DNA of 64,000 nucleotides, taken from NCBI GenBank assembly GCA_963726195.1, contig CAVSBO010000008.1:32001-96000 (forward strand), read 5' to 3'. The stretch comes from Candidatus Thorarchaeota archaeon. Lineage in GTDB: Archaea; Asgardarchaeota; Thorarchaeia; Thorarchaeales; Thorarchaeaceae. This document shows, in pieces, positions 10,280 through 21,078 of the stretch (positions are counted from its first letter, which is position 1; each line of letters begins with the position of its first letter). The notes under the pieces are model-generated. The model saw only the letters and a program-made list of their open reading frames with translations. It was not told the DNA's origin and did not search any database. The position numbers and the translations under genes are program-made.

Positions 10280-11683
10280 ATGGGCTGGAAAGAAACCCTG
10301 CAGATTGTTCTCTTCTTCTTGAGCTGGCTCCCTGTAGCACTGTTGGCAGGTACTACTATTTTCGGAGTGACTGAGAACTATCCGCAGGATTTCAGCATCT
10401 ACAATCAGCAGTATAACGGACTAAGCGACTTTCGTACGCAGATTGAAGGTGTCGGGTACACGACTGCGTCTATAGAGTCCACGATGAGCGTTATCTCAAG
10501 GTACAACGGCAGCGCGGTTCTTGTGATCATGGGGCCTGTGAGCTACTTTACGATAGATGCAGTGCTCACGCTGTTCCAGCATCTCACAGCAGGCGGAGGG
10601 GTCCTCATAGCAGATGACTTCGGCACGGCGAATAGCTCTTTCGAGTTGCTCAACACACTGATTGCCGGGACATATTCACAAGGTTCGGCACAAGCTCACG
10701 GTTTCCTGTCATACACTGGAGGAGTCTTGCTAGACCTAAACTCCTATGCGATGAGCCCGAAGTTACCGATAATCAGAAGATCAAATGGTGGTTTCAGACC
10801 TGGTCTTGACCTAGGTGCTCTGACTGCCGGCGTGAATGAACTGTACCTCAACTGGGCTACAGCAATCAACCCACTCTGTCTTGTCGGGCAATCCGGTGTA
10901 GCCTGGACCACGACTCGTTCTTGGTGTGAGACTAACATAACCAGTCTGAACCCGTATCCAAGCGACAGCGAGTGGAACGGATCTCTCCCTGTCGTAGGAG
11001 CACTCGATCTCGGTGTTCTCAGCTCCAATCTCCGAGGAAGACTTGTCGCGACAAGTGACCCTAGTATCTTCATTAATGATATGCTCTCACGAGGCGACAA
11101 CAGCCGCTTTGCGAGAAATGTGATTGACTGGTTGTCTTACGGCAACAAGAGCAGACCCATTGTCTTCTGTGAGAACCTGCTTGCGGTGCCTTGGGCTTCA
11201 GCCGAGTTCTTCTACGGATTCTTCTTGGGCAGAGCCCTATGGTTGAGCACTATGCCATACTTTGCGCCTCTATACCCAATTCTTACTGTCGTGGGAATCA
11301 AGAAGTATCTTCCCGACGTGAAGAAACCTGAGGTCAAGAGTGTTTCCGAGGTTTTCCTTCGGCGCGGCCAGACCTATTTCAGTGAGCGCATGACGTACTA
11401 CCGGAGCGAGGGCAACTATGCTCGTGTCGTGAAGATGCTCTATAGAAAACTCAAGCGAGACCTCGTAAAGAAGTTCTCTTGGTCCGAATATGACTCCAGA
11501 AAGCTCTGGGAGCTTATGCGCTACAAGGATTCAAGTCTAGATGAGGCAAGGTTCTACAAATCTATTGACAGAATTGAGGAAATCTCGTCAAAGCCCGGAA
11601 TGAAGATCAAGGAGAGTGAGCTGATGACGCTCTTCTTCTGGATGAAGAACATATCGTCAGTATTAGTTGAAACAAGAAGGTGA
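10280..11683 (+). CDS. DUF4350-like membrane protein
   Basis: FS.YN..YNG.S.F, GG..LIADDFG..N, SDPSIFINDML..DN..F. Confidence 0.75.
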   Translation: MGWKETLQIVLFFLSWLPVALLAGTTIFGVTENYPQDFSIYNQQYNGLSDFRTQIEGVGYTTASIESTMSVISRYNGSAVLVIMGPVSYFTIDAVLTLFQHLTAGGGVLIADDFGTANSSFELLNTLIAGTYSQGSAQAHGFLSYTGGVLLDLNSYAMSPKLPIIRRSNGGFRPGLDLGALTAGVNELYLNWATAINPLCLVGQSGVAWTTTRSWCETNITSLNPYPSDSEWNGSLPVVGALDLGVLSSNLRGRLVATSDPSIFINDMLSRGDNSRFARNVIDWLSYGNKSRPIVFCENLLAVPWASAEFFYGFFLGRALWLSTMPYFAPLYPILTVVGIKKYLPDVKKPEVKSVSEVFLRRGQTYFSERMTYYRSEGNYARVVKMLYRKLKRDLVKKFSWSEYDSRKLWELMRYKDSSLDEARFYKSIDRIEEISSKPGMKIKESELMTLFFWMKNISSVLVETRR

Positions 11684-11694
11684 GCTAGAAAGCA

Positions 11695-12684
11695 ATGACT
11701 GTAGAAGAAACAACAGAGCAAATGCAAGCCGCCATGGCTCAGCCAATGAGCATAGCGGAGGTTCATGACCTAGGCTCGGACATAATACGCGAATGCCAGA
11801 GAGTCATAGTTGGAAAAGTCGACATTCTCCGAGACACTATGATTGCCTTCCTCTCGAACGGACATGTCGTCTTGGAAGGTGTGCCAGGTCTCGCGAAGAC
11901 ATACATGGCACGTACGTTCGCATCGATACTGGGCTGTGCCTTCAAGCGAATCCAGCTGACAGTGGACACGCTACCCAGCGACGTTCTTGGAAGCAATGTA
12001 TTCAATCAGAAGAGCGGTGAGTTCTGGTTCCGCAAAGGTCCTGTTTTTGCGAATCTCGTATTGGCAGATGAGATTAACCGATGCCCCCCAAAATCGCAAA
12101 GCGCGCTTCTTGAGGTCATGGAGGAGCGGGAGGTCTCTACTGAGGGTGTAACAAGGAAGCTGCCACTGCCATTTCTGATGATTGCAACACAGAACCCGAT
12201 TGAGCAAGAGGGCACGTACCCTCTGCCAGAAGCGCAACTCGACCGATTCATGTTTCGTCTGATTCTCGACTACCCAACGCCCAGCGAAGAGGCTGAGGTC
12301 ATTCGTCGTAAGCATGTTGGTGAAGTGACTGACCTTAGGGTACTCGCCAGCCCAACCACGATTGTTCGGATGCAGAATGCCTGTAAGACTGTCTACATTG
12401 ACGAGGATCTGATGAACTACATACGTGACATAGTTGTACGAACTCGCAACGATCCTCAGATTCTTCTTGGAGGTTCCCCTCGTGCTTCTCTTGTGCTAAT
12501 GAGCGGTTCCAAAGCGAGGGCAGCCATGCACGGTCATGACTATGTCACTCCCGAGGATGTGAGAAAGCTTTGTGTTCAAACACTAAACCACCGGCTAATG
12601 CTCAAGCCGGAAGCCGAGTCTGAGGGGCTCACCATAGAGAAAGTGGTTTCCAAGATACTAGGAGAGGTTGACTGCCCGAAGTAA
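11695..12684 (+). CDS. moxR: MoxR-family AAA+ ATPase
   Basis: GHVVLEGVPGLAKT, LADEINR, ATQNPIEQEGTYPLPEAQLDRF, G.SPR. Confidence 0.95.
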   Translation: MTVEETTEQMQAAMAQPMSIAEVHDLGSDIIRECQRVIVGKVDILRDTMIAFLSNGHVVLEGVPGLAKTYMARTFASILGCAFKRIQLTVDTLPSDVLGSNVFNQKSGEFWFRKGPVFANLVLADEINRCPPKSQSALLEVMEEREVSTEGVTRKLPLPFLMIATQNPIEQEGTYPLPEAQLDRFMFRLILDYPTPSEEAEVIRRKHVGEVTDLRVLASPTTIVRMQNACKTVYIDEDLMNYIRDIVVRTRNDPQILLGGSPRASLVLMSGSKARAAMHGHDYVTPEDVRKLCVQTLNHRLMLKPEAESEGLTIEKVVSKILGEVDCPK

Positions 12685-12720
12685 TAGAGTCGGCACCCAA
12701 AAAGCTGGAGAAGATGAGCG

Positions 12721-14044
12721 GTGATTACCCAGAGAGGATTCACGGTCGTGTTTGCAGGGGCCTTGTTCCTAACCAGTGGTTTCTCTTTCATGAATTTCTA
12801 TCTCACTCTTCTTGGAGTATACCTGTTTGTCGGCCTAGTGGTCACATTGCCCCTGTTTGCGCTGACTGCAAACCTGTCTGGTATCGAAGTTGACCGCCAA
12901 ATTGACAAGACGAAGGTCTTCTCTGGAGACTTTCTGCGTGTCCGTGTAACTATTCGAAACGCATCTCGTCGCCATTTCGATTTCATTGAGGTCTGGGACC
13001 AGTACCCAGAGACATGGATACTGGCGATAGGAGAGAACTTCATGGCGTTCTCGCATAGAGCCCGGCAGCAGCATCACCTTTTCCTATATTCTCCAAGTCA
13101 GGATGCGGGGACGCTACTTCCTTGGCCCTACCGAGGTCGTAATGAGGGACAGACTGGGTCTTCACTATTACAAGCGCGTTGTCAAAGCGAAGACTGAGAT
13201 TCTCGTGTACCCAACTTGGAAGGACGTGCGACGCTTGGAGACGATTGGTAAGCAACGTCAGCTTGGGCTCATGTTTGGAGCTCACAGGACCAAGACTGTG
13301 GGAATGGGCACCGAGTTTAGCGGTTTCCGTGAGTACGTTCCCGGTGATTCTTTCAGACTCATCGACTGGGCGGCCACAGCGAAAAGGGGCGAGATGACGG
13401 TGAAGCAATACGAGGAAGAGAAGAACGTTCAAATCATCTGCATGGTCGATACATCTGGGAGTATGGGCAATGGGTACCCTGAGAACACCAAGCTGGAGTA
13501 TGGCATCCGAGCTGCAGTACTGCTCACATACATGGGAATAGAGAGAAAGGACTTCGTGGGCGTTTGTGTCTTTTCGGACGTTGTTCATGCCTATGTCCGT
13601 CCGAGTACACGTCAAGAACACATGTACCAAGTGCTTGACGCTTTGGCGATGGCCGAGCCGGGCGGCTGGAGCGACTACGAGAGTGCTGTCTCTCATGTAA
13701 CTAGTCAGACAAAGAAGCGTTCTCTGTTCTTCTTTCTGACCGACTTGGAAGAGTCCCCTGCCCCTCTCCTAAGCGCGATGAAGACTGTGGTGGCAAATGG
13801 TCACAGGGCAGTGGTGATAAGCCCGTTTGGTCCTTGGTTTGAAGTTCCTGTTGGTGAATTCGGACCCGTTGAGAAGGTTCTCTCTGAAGCAGTGTCCGAA
13901 GAGCTTTGGGTGAGACGCGGAAAGATATCACAGGCCCTGGCACGGTTCGGCATACCTGTTATCAATGTAGGTCCCGAGGATTTCTTGCCTACCATTATCC
14001 GACAGTACAATATAGCAAAGCAAAGGGGTGTCGCGCTGCATTGA
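12721..14044 (+). CDS. DUF58 (vWA-like) protein, frameshift near 13048
   Basis: EF.GFREYVPGD..R.IDWAATA, DTSGSM MIDAS-like motif; N-terminal TMs in ORF 12721..13197. Confidence 0.88.
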
Positions 14045-15408
14045 GAGTCGTCACCTGGATACTGCGCATTCTTTCAACGGCCACCTTCATCGCTATGGCT
14101 TACATTGTATATCGTATCATGTCCGGTCATTGGGATTGGAGCATACCTTATCTCTTCATTGTCACTGTGTTCCGTCTCTTGTCACTGCTCGTGTTTTTCT
14201 TGGCCGTAATGATGGTGAATGCTCTACTCGGTGGTCAAGGCACGAATGATTTGTTGGCGGGGCTGTATAACACCATCATTCTGCATTTGTGGGATATGCA
14301 ACCGTATGGAGTTACAGGACCTCTCGCTAACGCGGGACAGGTATTCACCACCTTCAGAGGTAGCCTTCTTACGATCCTCGGCACTCTTTGGCTGCAGACA
14401 TTCACCTTCCTGTATTTCCTCTTTGCTGCAATCGGTGTAGTGATGTTCCTGCAATCGCTGGTCAGGATGGATCACAAGTTCGTCGGTGCAGCCTTCATCT
14501 CAATCCAGCTGATTCTCGTGGTGGCTGCGTTCAGAGAGGTATCCGGTGTCCCCAATTATGCTCAGTTTCCAGCTGACTTCTTCTTGTTCTTGGGAAGTAA
14601 CGTGCAATTGCTAGCACTTGTCTCGTTCGCTTACCTTGAGATAAGCTACCAAATGATTTACAGCTACTCGGTGGGAAAGCCGGTTGAGGACCGAGAAGAG
14701 ACCCTGAAGAAGCAGCTCTTGCGCTCCGGATGGCGACAAGAAAGCAAGACGCAATCGAGCGAGGCGAGAAAGTCAGCAGCACAGCTATGAGCAGGTCTTC
14801 GGGTGCGACAGCCTTCTCGTTTCTGAGGGAAACAATCGAGAGAAAGGTAATTGGCACGAAAGATGCACTTGAGAATCTGGATGCTGTGGCTGACGTGCGG
14901 CGTCTTCAGAATTTCGTTGACGAGCTCCTGCGCAATGACCCCGCCGCAAAAAATGAGCTAACTGCGCGGGCCGCCGCTCCATCCCAGAACTATATCATAA
15001 GATCCACGATACTGGGCTCCCTCTTTCGGTTAGGTTGTGTAATCGCGATTTCCTTCTGCCTGATGAACCCGTCCTTATTCGTGGCGCTTCTTAGTCTTCC
15101 GCCGGGTATAGCGAACAGCGTAGAGCTACACCAGCCGGAGTTCATACTGCTCTTCCTTGTGCCAGTGGTCCTGCTGTTCCCGTTTGCTGCCATGTTGATT
15201 GGCAGTTTGGTGGTGCGCGAGGGCGAAGTCAAGCCGGACAAGGAAAGAGAAGGAGAAACTCAAGAAAGAGAAAAAGGAGCTTAAGGAAAAGAAGAGAGCT
15301 GCCGGGAAGGCAAGAACGGAACGTACGAGGGCCCGCAAGAGGATTCACGAAGAAGCTGAAGAAAAGGACGAGTGGGATCGAGTCATTGAACAAGTCAAAG
15401 GGCAATGA
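14041..15408 (+). CDS. Multi-pass membrane protein with charged C-terminal tail; frameshifts near 14721 and 15245
   Basis: Three consecutive ORF pieces join into one hydrophobic protein; TTG start overlaps DUF58 stop. Confidence 0.6.
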
Positions 15409-15429
15409 GCTTGTGCGAGGCGAATTCTC

Positions 15430-16393
15430 GTGACATCAATCACACTGACACATGGCGACATTGATGGAATAACCGCCGGGGCCGTAGATATGCTTGCATT
15501 TCCTGGCGCGGAGTTCTATTTCAGTCGGCCATCCCAGATTCACTTGGATCTCTCTAGGATAGCTAAGGATCAGCCCGAGAATGTTGTAGTCAGCGATATA
15601 GCTATGAATGCGACGCGCACTACGGAGATTCTCGACGCGCTTCGGCATCTTTCCCAGCACTATCCATTGGATCGACCATCATCCGATGGACGCTTCGGTC
15701 AAGAAGGAACTATCGAGATTGACAGATCTCTACCATGAAACAGAACCCTGTGCGGCTGAACTTGCCTATCGGAAGTTTGAGGAACGGCTTCCTGAGCATG
15801 CCCTGAACCTAGCCTTGTACGGAGCAATCGCTGATTATTGTGATACTACGCCTTTCGTAACCAAGCATCTTGAAGACTTTGATAAGCGAACACTATTCCT
15901 TGAAGCAGGGCTGCTGGTTGCGGCCCTACAGGAGATAGACTACCGAGGTCAGGCAAGAGATCTAGCACTGCAATTGACGCTTGGCATTGAACCGAGCTCG
16001 ATGAATGATGTTGTGGACCTCGCTATCAAAGCGACTCGGATAGAGCATGAGGTCTACAGATACGTTAGACAGAATGCGAAGAAGCTTGGCCAAGTCGGTT
16101 ATGTTCTTGACATGCCTGTCAGTGGTTTTCGTGGAAAGGCCGCCAAGTTCGCTGCTACTGCCACGGACACATGCGTGGGCATTAGTGGCAGGTCGTTCGG
16201 TGAAGAAGTGGATCTGTCGGTTAGATGACGTAATTGCGACATAGATCTCAACGTCACAATGAACAAGGTTCTCTCAGGAATCGACAAGGCCCAAGGTGGA
16301 GGCCATCCGAGTGCGGTCGGGGCCAGTATGAACAGGAATGATTTTCAGGTCTTCCTAGAACGGCTGGCTAATCAGGTCCAGAAATTCACCTAG
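15430..16393 (+). CDS. DHH/DHHA1 phosphoesterase; frameshift near 15650 and in-frame TGA at 16226
   Basis: THGDIDG, V.D, WIDHH, GAIADY and, past the TGA, GGGHPSA.GA. Confidence 0.85.
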
Positions 16394-18753
16394 AGGATGT
16401 GCAAGAGGCCACTGAAGAACACAAAGGCCACTGTGACAATCGCCTCACCAGCCACGATGCCGCTAAGGAAGCGGTTCGTTTTCTCATATCTAGGACTTGA
16501 GATTTCTTCTTGGACTATTGGTTCATCTGTTGCTGGTCGTGGCTCCTTTCTGACCCAATAGTCTATGAATCCACCGACTGCGATCGTGACCGCCGTTGCT
16601 GCAGGTACTAGTAGCCCTACTGCAAAGCTCATTCCACTCAGTTTTCTATTCTCAAGTTCCCTGCCAACAAAGAAGCCAATCACTGCATAGACCATCAGGT
16701 ATAGAAAAACCAGCACTGGGTGTACGCCAGGAAACAGATTCATCCCGGGAAGTTGGCCGCTCAAGCCCGTAATCAGGATGGCGAATAGCTGAGCTGTCGG
16801 ACTCGGAAAGTCGCTTCCTCCGAATCCACCCATGTCCTTGTAGATGAAGAATATGAAATAGGAGCCTACGATAGTCCCAAGCATCAAGCCAATGAACACA
16901 GCCTTTATGATATCCCTGCCTCTGACTCCAGTCAGTCTTCCCAGACTGAGATGCACAAGTCCGGCCATTGCCGCATCTTGGAATGATCCAATCATGCTTT
17001 CGAATCTAGTAATTGGAACGAAAGTAACCCTGAAGATAAGGACAGCAAGTGACGACACCACATCGGAGATGTATCCCGCTAACAAACCTGTCTCGCTAAT
17101 CGCCTTGGCGGTGAAGTATGCAGAGAGAAGAGCGATGGGCGGGCCAAAGAGAAAGAGCTCCCAAGGAACGTAGGTCAAACCAAGGGGGTCCAAGACACCA
17201 CCCGGGACCAGAATCGAGAAAATCACTATCTCGAATGCTATCAGCATGAGTGTAGAAACCACAGCTACCCAACTAGGTACGACACCGTTTCTCCTTCTGA
17301 GGTACCCGTCTGGGTCGTCAACCAACTCTTTGATTTCGTTTTTCACGTATGCAGTCCATGACCTCAATTGATTTGCTCTCATTCGCGCTTCATCCACGTT
17401 CATGTGAGCGACAAATTGGTCTGCTTTTTCTTGTGCTCCCTTCATAATGACTTCTCGTCGGAGTCCAGTCTTGGCCTCTTGGACGCCTTCTTCCGCGGTA
17501 CCGAGTTCTTGGGTCTTTGCCTTCTTTTTCCCTCCTCCCAGCATATCATGAGTTATGACCGCGGCAAAAGCCCCGATGACTAGATAGAGTAGCTCACCAC
17601 GTTGAAGATGGCCACCTATGTCCTCATTCGGCATGCCCTCCAAGAACACCCAGATGGCAATAGACACCAGAGTGCCAGAAACTAGCACGATTACTCTCTT
17701 CCATCCGACAAAGAACCCGATTGCAGCGATAAGAGGCGAAGTGCTCGCGCCTAACCAGTTCAATTTGTCGGTAATGCCTATGAACGGAACAGTAGATAGA
17801 CGTGCTCCCGTTGCCACTTCCGCCACCTTGGTCGGCACGACTATCGCCGTTGAGGCAGCAAGTCCCTCAATCACTGTGACTTTCGCTGCCCTGTCGGCGC
17901 CCATGGAGACTATCACCTGAGCCTGTGGTTTCAGCTGCGGCCAGGGCGCTTTTGCAAATTGGCCTCTAAATGGGATTAGGATAACCATTCCGAAAAGCAC
18001 GCTGATAAGCATCGTTAGGGCAATTCACTCGTAACTGTATACGTACGGCGCATATTGCGGAAGAGTTGGATTATGTGTGCTGTTATATATGTCGTAAATC
18101 TGAATCGCTGGGAGAGAAATCAGGACACCTACGGAAACCATCGAGGAGCTGTTCGCTATCGCAACGACGATCGTATTCTCCTCTTTCGTGTATCTCCCTC
18201 CCGCACTGAGAATCAATGCCCCGAGCATTTCTGATCCAACAAAGTACACGACTCCCAGTTTCAACATCAGATAGATGCCGAGGAAGGTCATGACAACTCC
18301 GACAGCGATTCCTGTCATTATGGCTCGTTTGGTCAGCGGGAATTTCAGATTGGCAGCTTGATAGACGTAGACTGTCACGCTTCCGGCTCCTATCAGCACT
18401 ATCTCAGAGAGTGCACGAAAAAGTAGGCCGCCAAAAAGGTAAGCAAATCCGACCAAGCCCAAGAGCCCGAGTTGGAGAAAAGTAGGTCGTTTTTTCAGCA
18501 GAGAGATAAGAATCAATAGTGGTTCCAAGACGAGAGTGGCGACTACTCCAACCTCGATACGACCATACCAAAGCACGACGACGCAGTAGATGAAGCCCAC
18601 ACAGTAGATTATCACTGGTATTGAGCTGATGAGAATCGCTAGTGCCCTGTTGAAAGTCGGCCTTAGTCGATTGGACACGGGCCGTAGTCTTGCAAGAATG
18701 CGATTCTCACTCAAGTATACTACCTCCGGGAATTGTCTTGCCAGTCTAGCCAT
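16390..18753 (-). CDS. OPT-family oligopeptide transporter; in-frame TGA at 18025-18027
   Basis: LTKRAI..G, YL.LKLG, EENTIV, PWPQ, GFG..DFPSP.A, SG.VAGEA. Confidence 0.8.
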
Positions 18754-18826
18754 ATCAGGGGCTTTGAACTACGCAAGTCAACGAGCCGAAGCTTTGGGTT
18801 GGGCTTGTTCTTTTATTGTTTGTGAA

Positions 18827-20101
18827 GTCAACTACCTACGACCAAAGTCGCAGGCTTGCCACTGCGATCAGCGGTAGAAACCCTACCTCATCATTTCGTG
18901 CGACGTTCGGGCGGTTGACTTTCGCCCTCCCGACCACAGCATTGCCACGGTCGGATATGTTTCTGGCGGCATTCAGGTCTGCATGGATTGAAAACTCGCA
19001 TTGCTTGCATACAAACTCGGAGCCGTGCCGATTGCTCTTGACAATGTGGCCGCATCGCGAACACCGCTGGCTCGTGTACTTTGGGCTCACGAAGAGCACC
19101 AACTTGCCCGCTTCGAGTGCCTTATTTTCAACAATCCGCTCGAGCTGGTAATATGCCCAGTTCGCGAACTTCTTGCGAGTCTGTTTACCAATGTGGCGTC
19201 CTTTCCTGCTATTGGTTTTAATCCCCTTCAAGTCTTCCAAGACGATGCAATCGAAGGGCTTGGATACAAGCCATGATGCGATTCTGTAGTTCTCTCCAAT
19301 CACAAACCGTCTTTCCCGCCCCGCGAGCACCTTCAGCTTTCGCTTGCAACGGCGGGTGCCTTTCGACTGGAGAGACTTTCGTAAGTACTGGTGCTTGTAT
19401 TTCACGTTCTTGATGTGCTTGGAATTGAAGAAGGTGTTGTCAGACGCGACTACTGCGTTATTGATGCCGCGGTCTGCGCCCAGGAACGTAACCGGGTGGT
19501 AATTCACGATGGGATCGGGTATCTCAATGTTCAAGAACGCGATGACCTTGTCCTTCTTTACCTTCAGCACGACCGAGTTCACGGCCGAGAACTGGTACTT
19601 TCTAAAATACTCCGGAATGACGAGCGGATAGGTTTTGCGTCCGTCAACGGTCGAAATGGAGATTTCTCCGCTCTTCAAGAACGGAGTAAACGTACGCTGA
19701 TTCAGTCGTATTGAAGACATCGGTTTCTTGACCGGCTTCTTGCATTGCCAGTTCTTCTTCTTGGCGAGTTTCAACGATGCTGATGCCATATCACGCGCAC
19801 ATTGTATGAGCGACGACTGTAGGCGCGGCAATCGTTTCCGAACGGACGCGTAGGTCGCCGCATGCAGCACAATCTTGTTGTACGTCCCGCGTTCGCATCC
19901 TGCGCCGATCACCTCGTTTGCCGCATCGTTGTACTGGCGGACAGTCTCGGCCAGCGATGGGTCGAGCGGGAGGGGGCATTGGATGGTGCGTATCATAACT
20001 CAACGATTGCCGTGTATTTCATTAGAGCTTAAATCCTTCTATTTCGCAGCGGCGATTCTTCCCCCACTGAAGTCGCGGGGGTCTCCTCGTCGCATTTCTT
20101 C
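18827..20101 (-). mobile_element. IS200/IS605-family element, tnpB only (IS1341-like)
   Basis: Left-end hairpin CCCCCGCGACTTCAGTGGGGG preceded by TTGAT (20102-20106, minus strand); right end CAAGCCTGCGACTTTGGTCGTAGGTAGTTGAC; no tnpA. Confidence 0.85.
18836..19996 (-). CDS. tnpB: RNA-guided endonuclease TnpB, apparently intact
   Basis: RuvC D (GADRG), E (VLEDL), D (HADLNAARNI); Zn finger CSRC/CKQC; ORF runs into right end. Confidence 0.93.
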   Translation of the reverse strand: MIRTIQCPLPLDPSLAETVRQYNDAANEVIGAGCERGTYNKIVLHAATYASVRKRLPRLQSSLIQCARDMASASLKLAKKKNWQCKKPVKKPMSSIRLNQRTFTPFLKSGEISISTVDGRKTYPLVIPEYFRKYQFSAVNSVVLKVKKDKVIAFLNIEIPDPIVNYHPVTFLGADRGINNAVVASDNTFFNSKHIKNVKYKHQYLRKSLQSKGTRRCKRKLKVLAGRERRFVIGENYRIASWLVSKPFDCIVLEDLKGIKTNSRKGRHIGKQTRKKFANWAYYQLERIVENKALEAGKLVLFVSPKYTSQRCSRCGHIVKSNRHGSEFVCKQCEFSIHADLNAARNISDRGNAVVGRAKVNRPNVARNDEVGFLPLIAVASLRLWS

Positions 20102-20217
20102 ATCAAGTGGAAGGTCCTTGTGTGTCTTTCTTCATGAGGACCTTCGAGATTATCTTAAATTGGTGAGCCTGCTAGTGCTCTCTACTGACCATGTGAGTTC
20201 AACGGGGTTAGTGCAAG

Positions 20218-20598
20218 ATGGCCGATCCGGTAATGGAAGTATATACGAAGGCATACAACGACTCCGGAAAGATGATTCAAGCATTCGGAGTGGTTAACGT
20301 AGCTGGGAGAGTCCTTTGGCAGAGCAGCAACTGGGATCTCACAGCCGATGCCAAGAACCTTGTGGCAGCAGTAGCTCAGAAAGCACCCAGCGTGATTCAG
20401 AACAAGGTGAAGTACAGCACAATAAGGTCTAGCCCAGATAGTCTTGTGGCGCGGAATGTGCAAGGGAGCGGCACACTGCTCCTTGCGAAAATTGATGCCG
20501 ACAAGTGGGTTGTTGCTTGGGCGAACCCTAGTGCTGCACCTGACGGAATCTATGTCGACGTAGACCGTGCGGCGAAGTCGCTGAAGGGCAAAGTCTAA
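20218..20598 (+). CDS. Asgard-type profilin
   Basis: 126 aa; WQSSNWD, VKYSTIR, LVARNVQG.G pattern of Loki/Thor profilins. Confidence 0.8.
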   Translation: MADPVMEVYTKAYNDSGKMIQAFGVVNVAGRVLWQSSNWDLTADAKNLVAAVAQKAPSVIQNKVKYSTIRSSPDSLVARNVQGSGTLLLAKIDADKWVVAWANPSAAPDGIYVDVDRAAKSLKGKV

Positions 20599-20696
20599 AC
20601 AAGAGCGGCTTGTTACCAGCGAACAATATATCCCTTCTATGTTCCTGAAGGAGGATTAGATTCCTGGGAAATGAACCGGTCTTCGGTGGTCCGGCC

Positions 20697-21071
20697 ATGT
20701 CAACAGTCATTGATAGTGAGTGGAAGAGCCTGTTTGAAAGCAATCCCGGGTTTCAGGCTTTCGCAGTCTGCAAGGACGGTGCTATAGTCTGGCAGACCAG
20801 CAATTGGAGTCTTGTTAGTGAGGCGCGGGAGTTGGCTCGAGCGCCAGATACTGCAGTCCCTTCTGTTCAGGCTAACAAGGTCAAATACTTGAGAGTCGCT
20901 TCAAGCCAAGAATCGTACATCGGAACTTCAGGGGGAAACAAAGGTCACTTTCTGATGGCACTGGTTCAAGGGAAGACATGGTTGATGGCACTCGTGGCTC
21001 CTGAATCTGTTCCTGAGCTTGCCATTGTCGATCTTTCAAGGTCTGCCGTTCGGCTCATTGATAAGGTATGA
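20697..21071 (+). CDS. Second, divergent profilin paralog
   Basis: Aligns to 20218 ORF: QAF.V, WQ.SNW.L...A..L, PSV..NKVKY, W..A...P...P....VD..R.A..L..KV. Confidence 0.72.
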   Translation: MSTVIDSEWKSLFESNPGFQAFAVCKDGAIVWQTSNWSLVSEARELARAPDTAVPSVQANKVKYLRVASSQESYIGTSGGNKGHFLMALVQGKTWLMALVAPESVPELAIVDLSRSAVRLIDKV

Positions 21072-21078
21072 ACGGGTG

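Noticed and set aside
18836-19996. Calling the TnpB a Cas12f/Cas14 effector
   Set aside because: It has IS605-type end hairpins and no cas genes or true array nearby.
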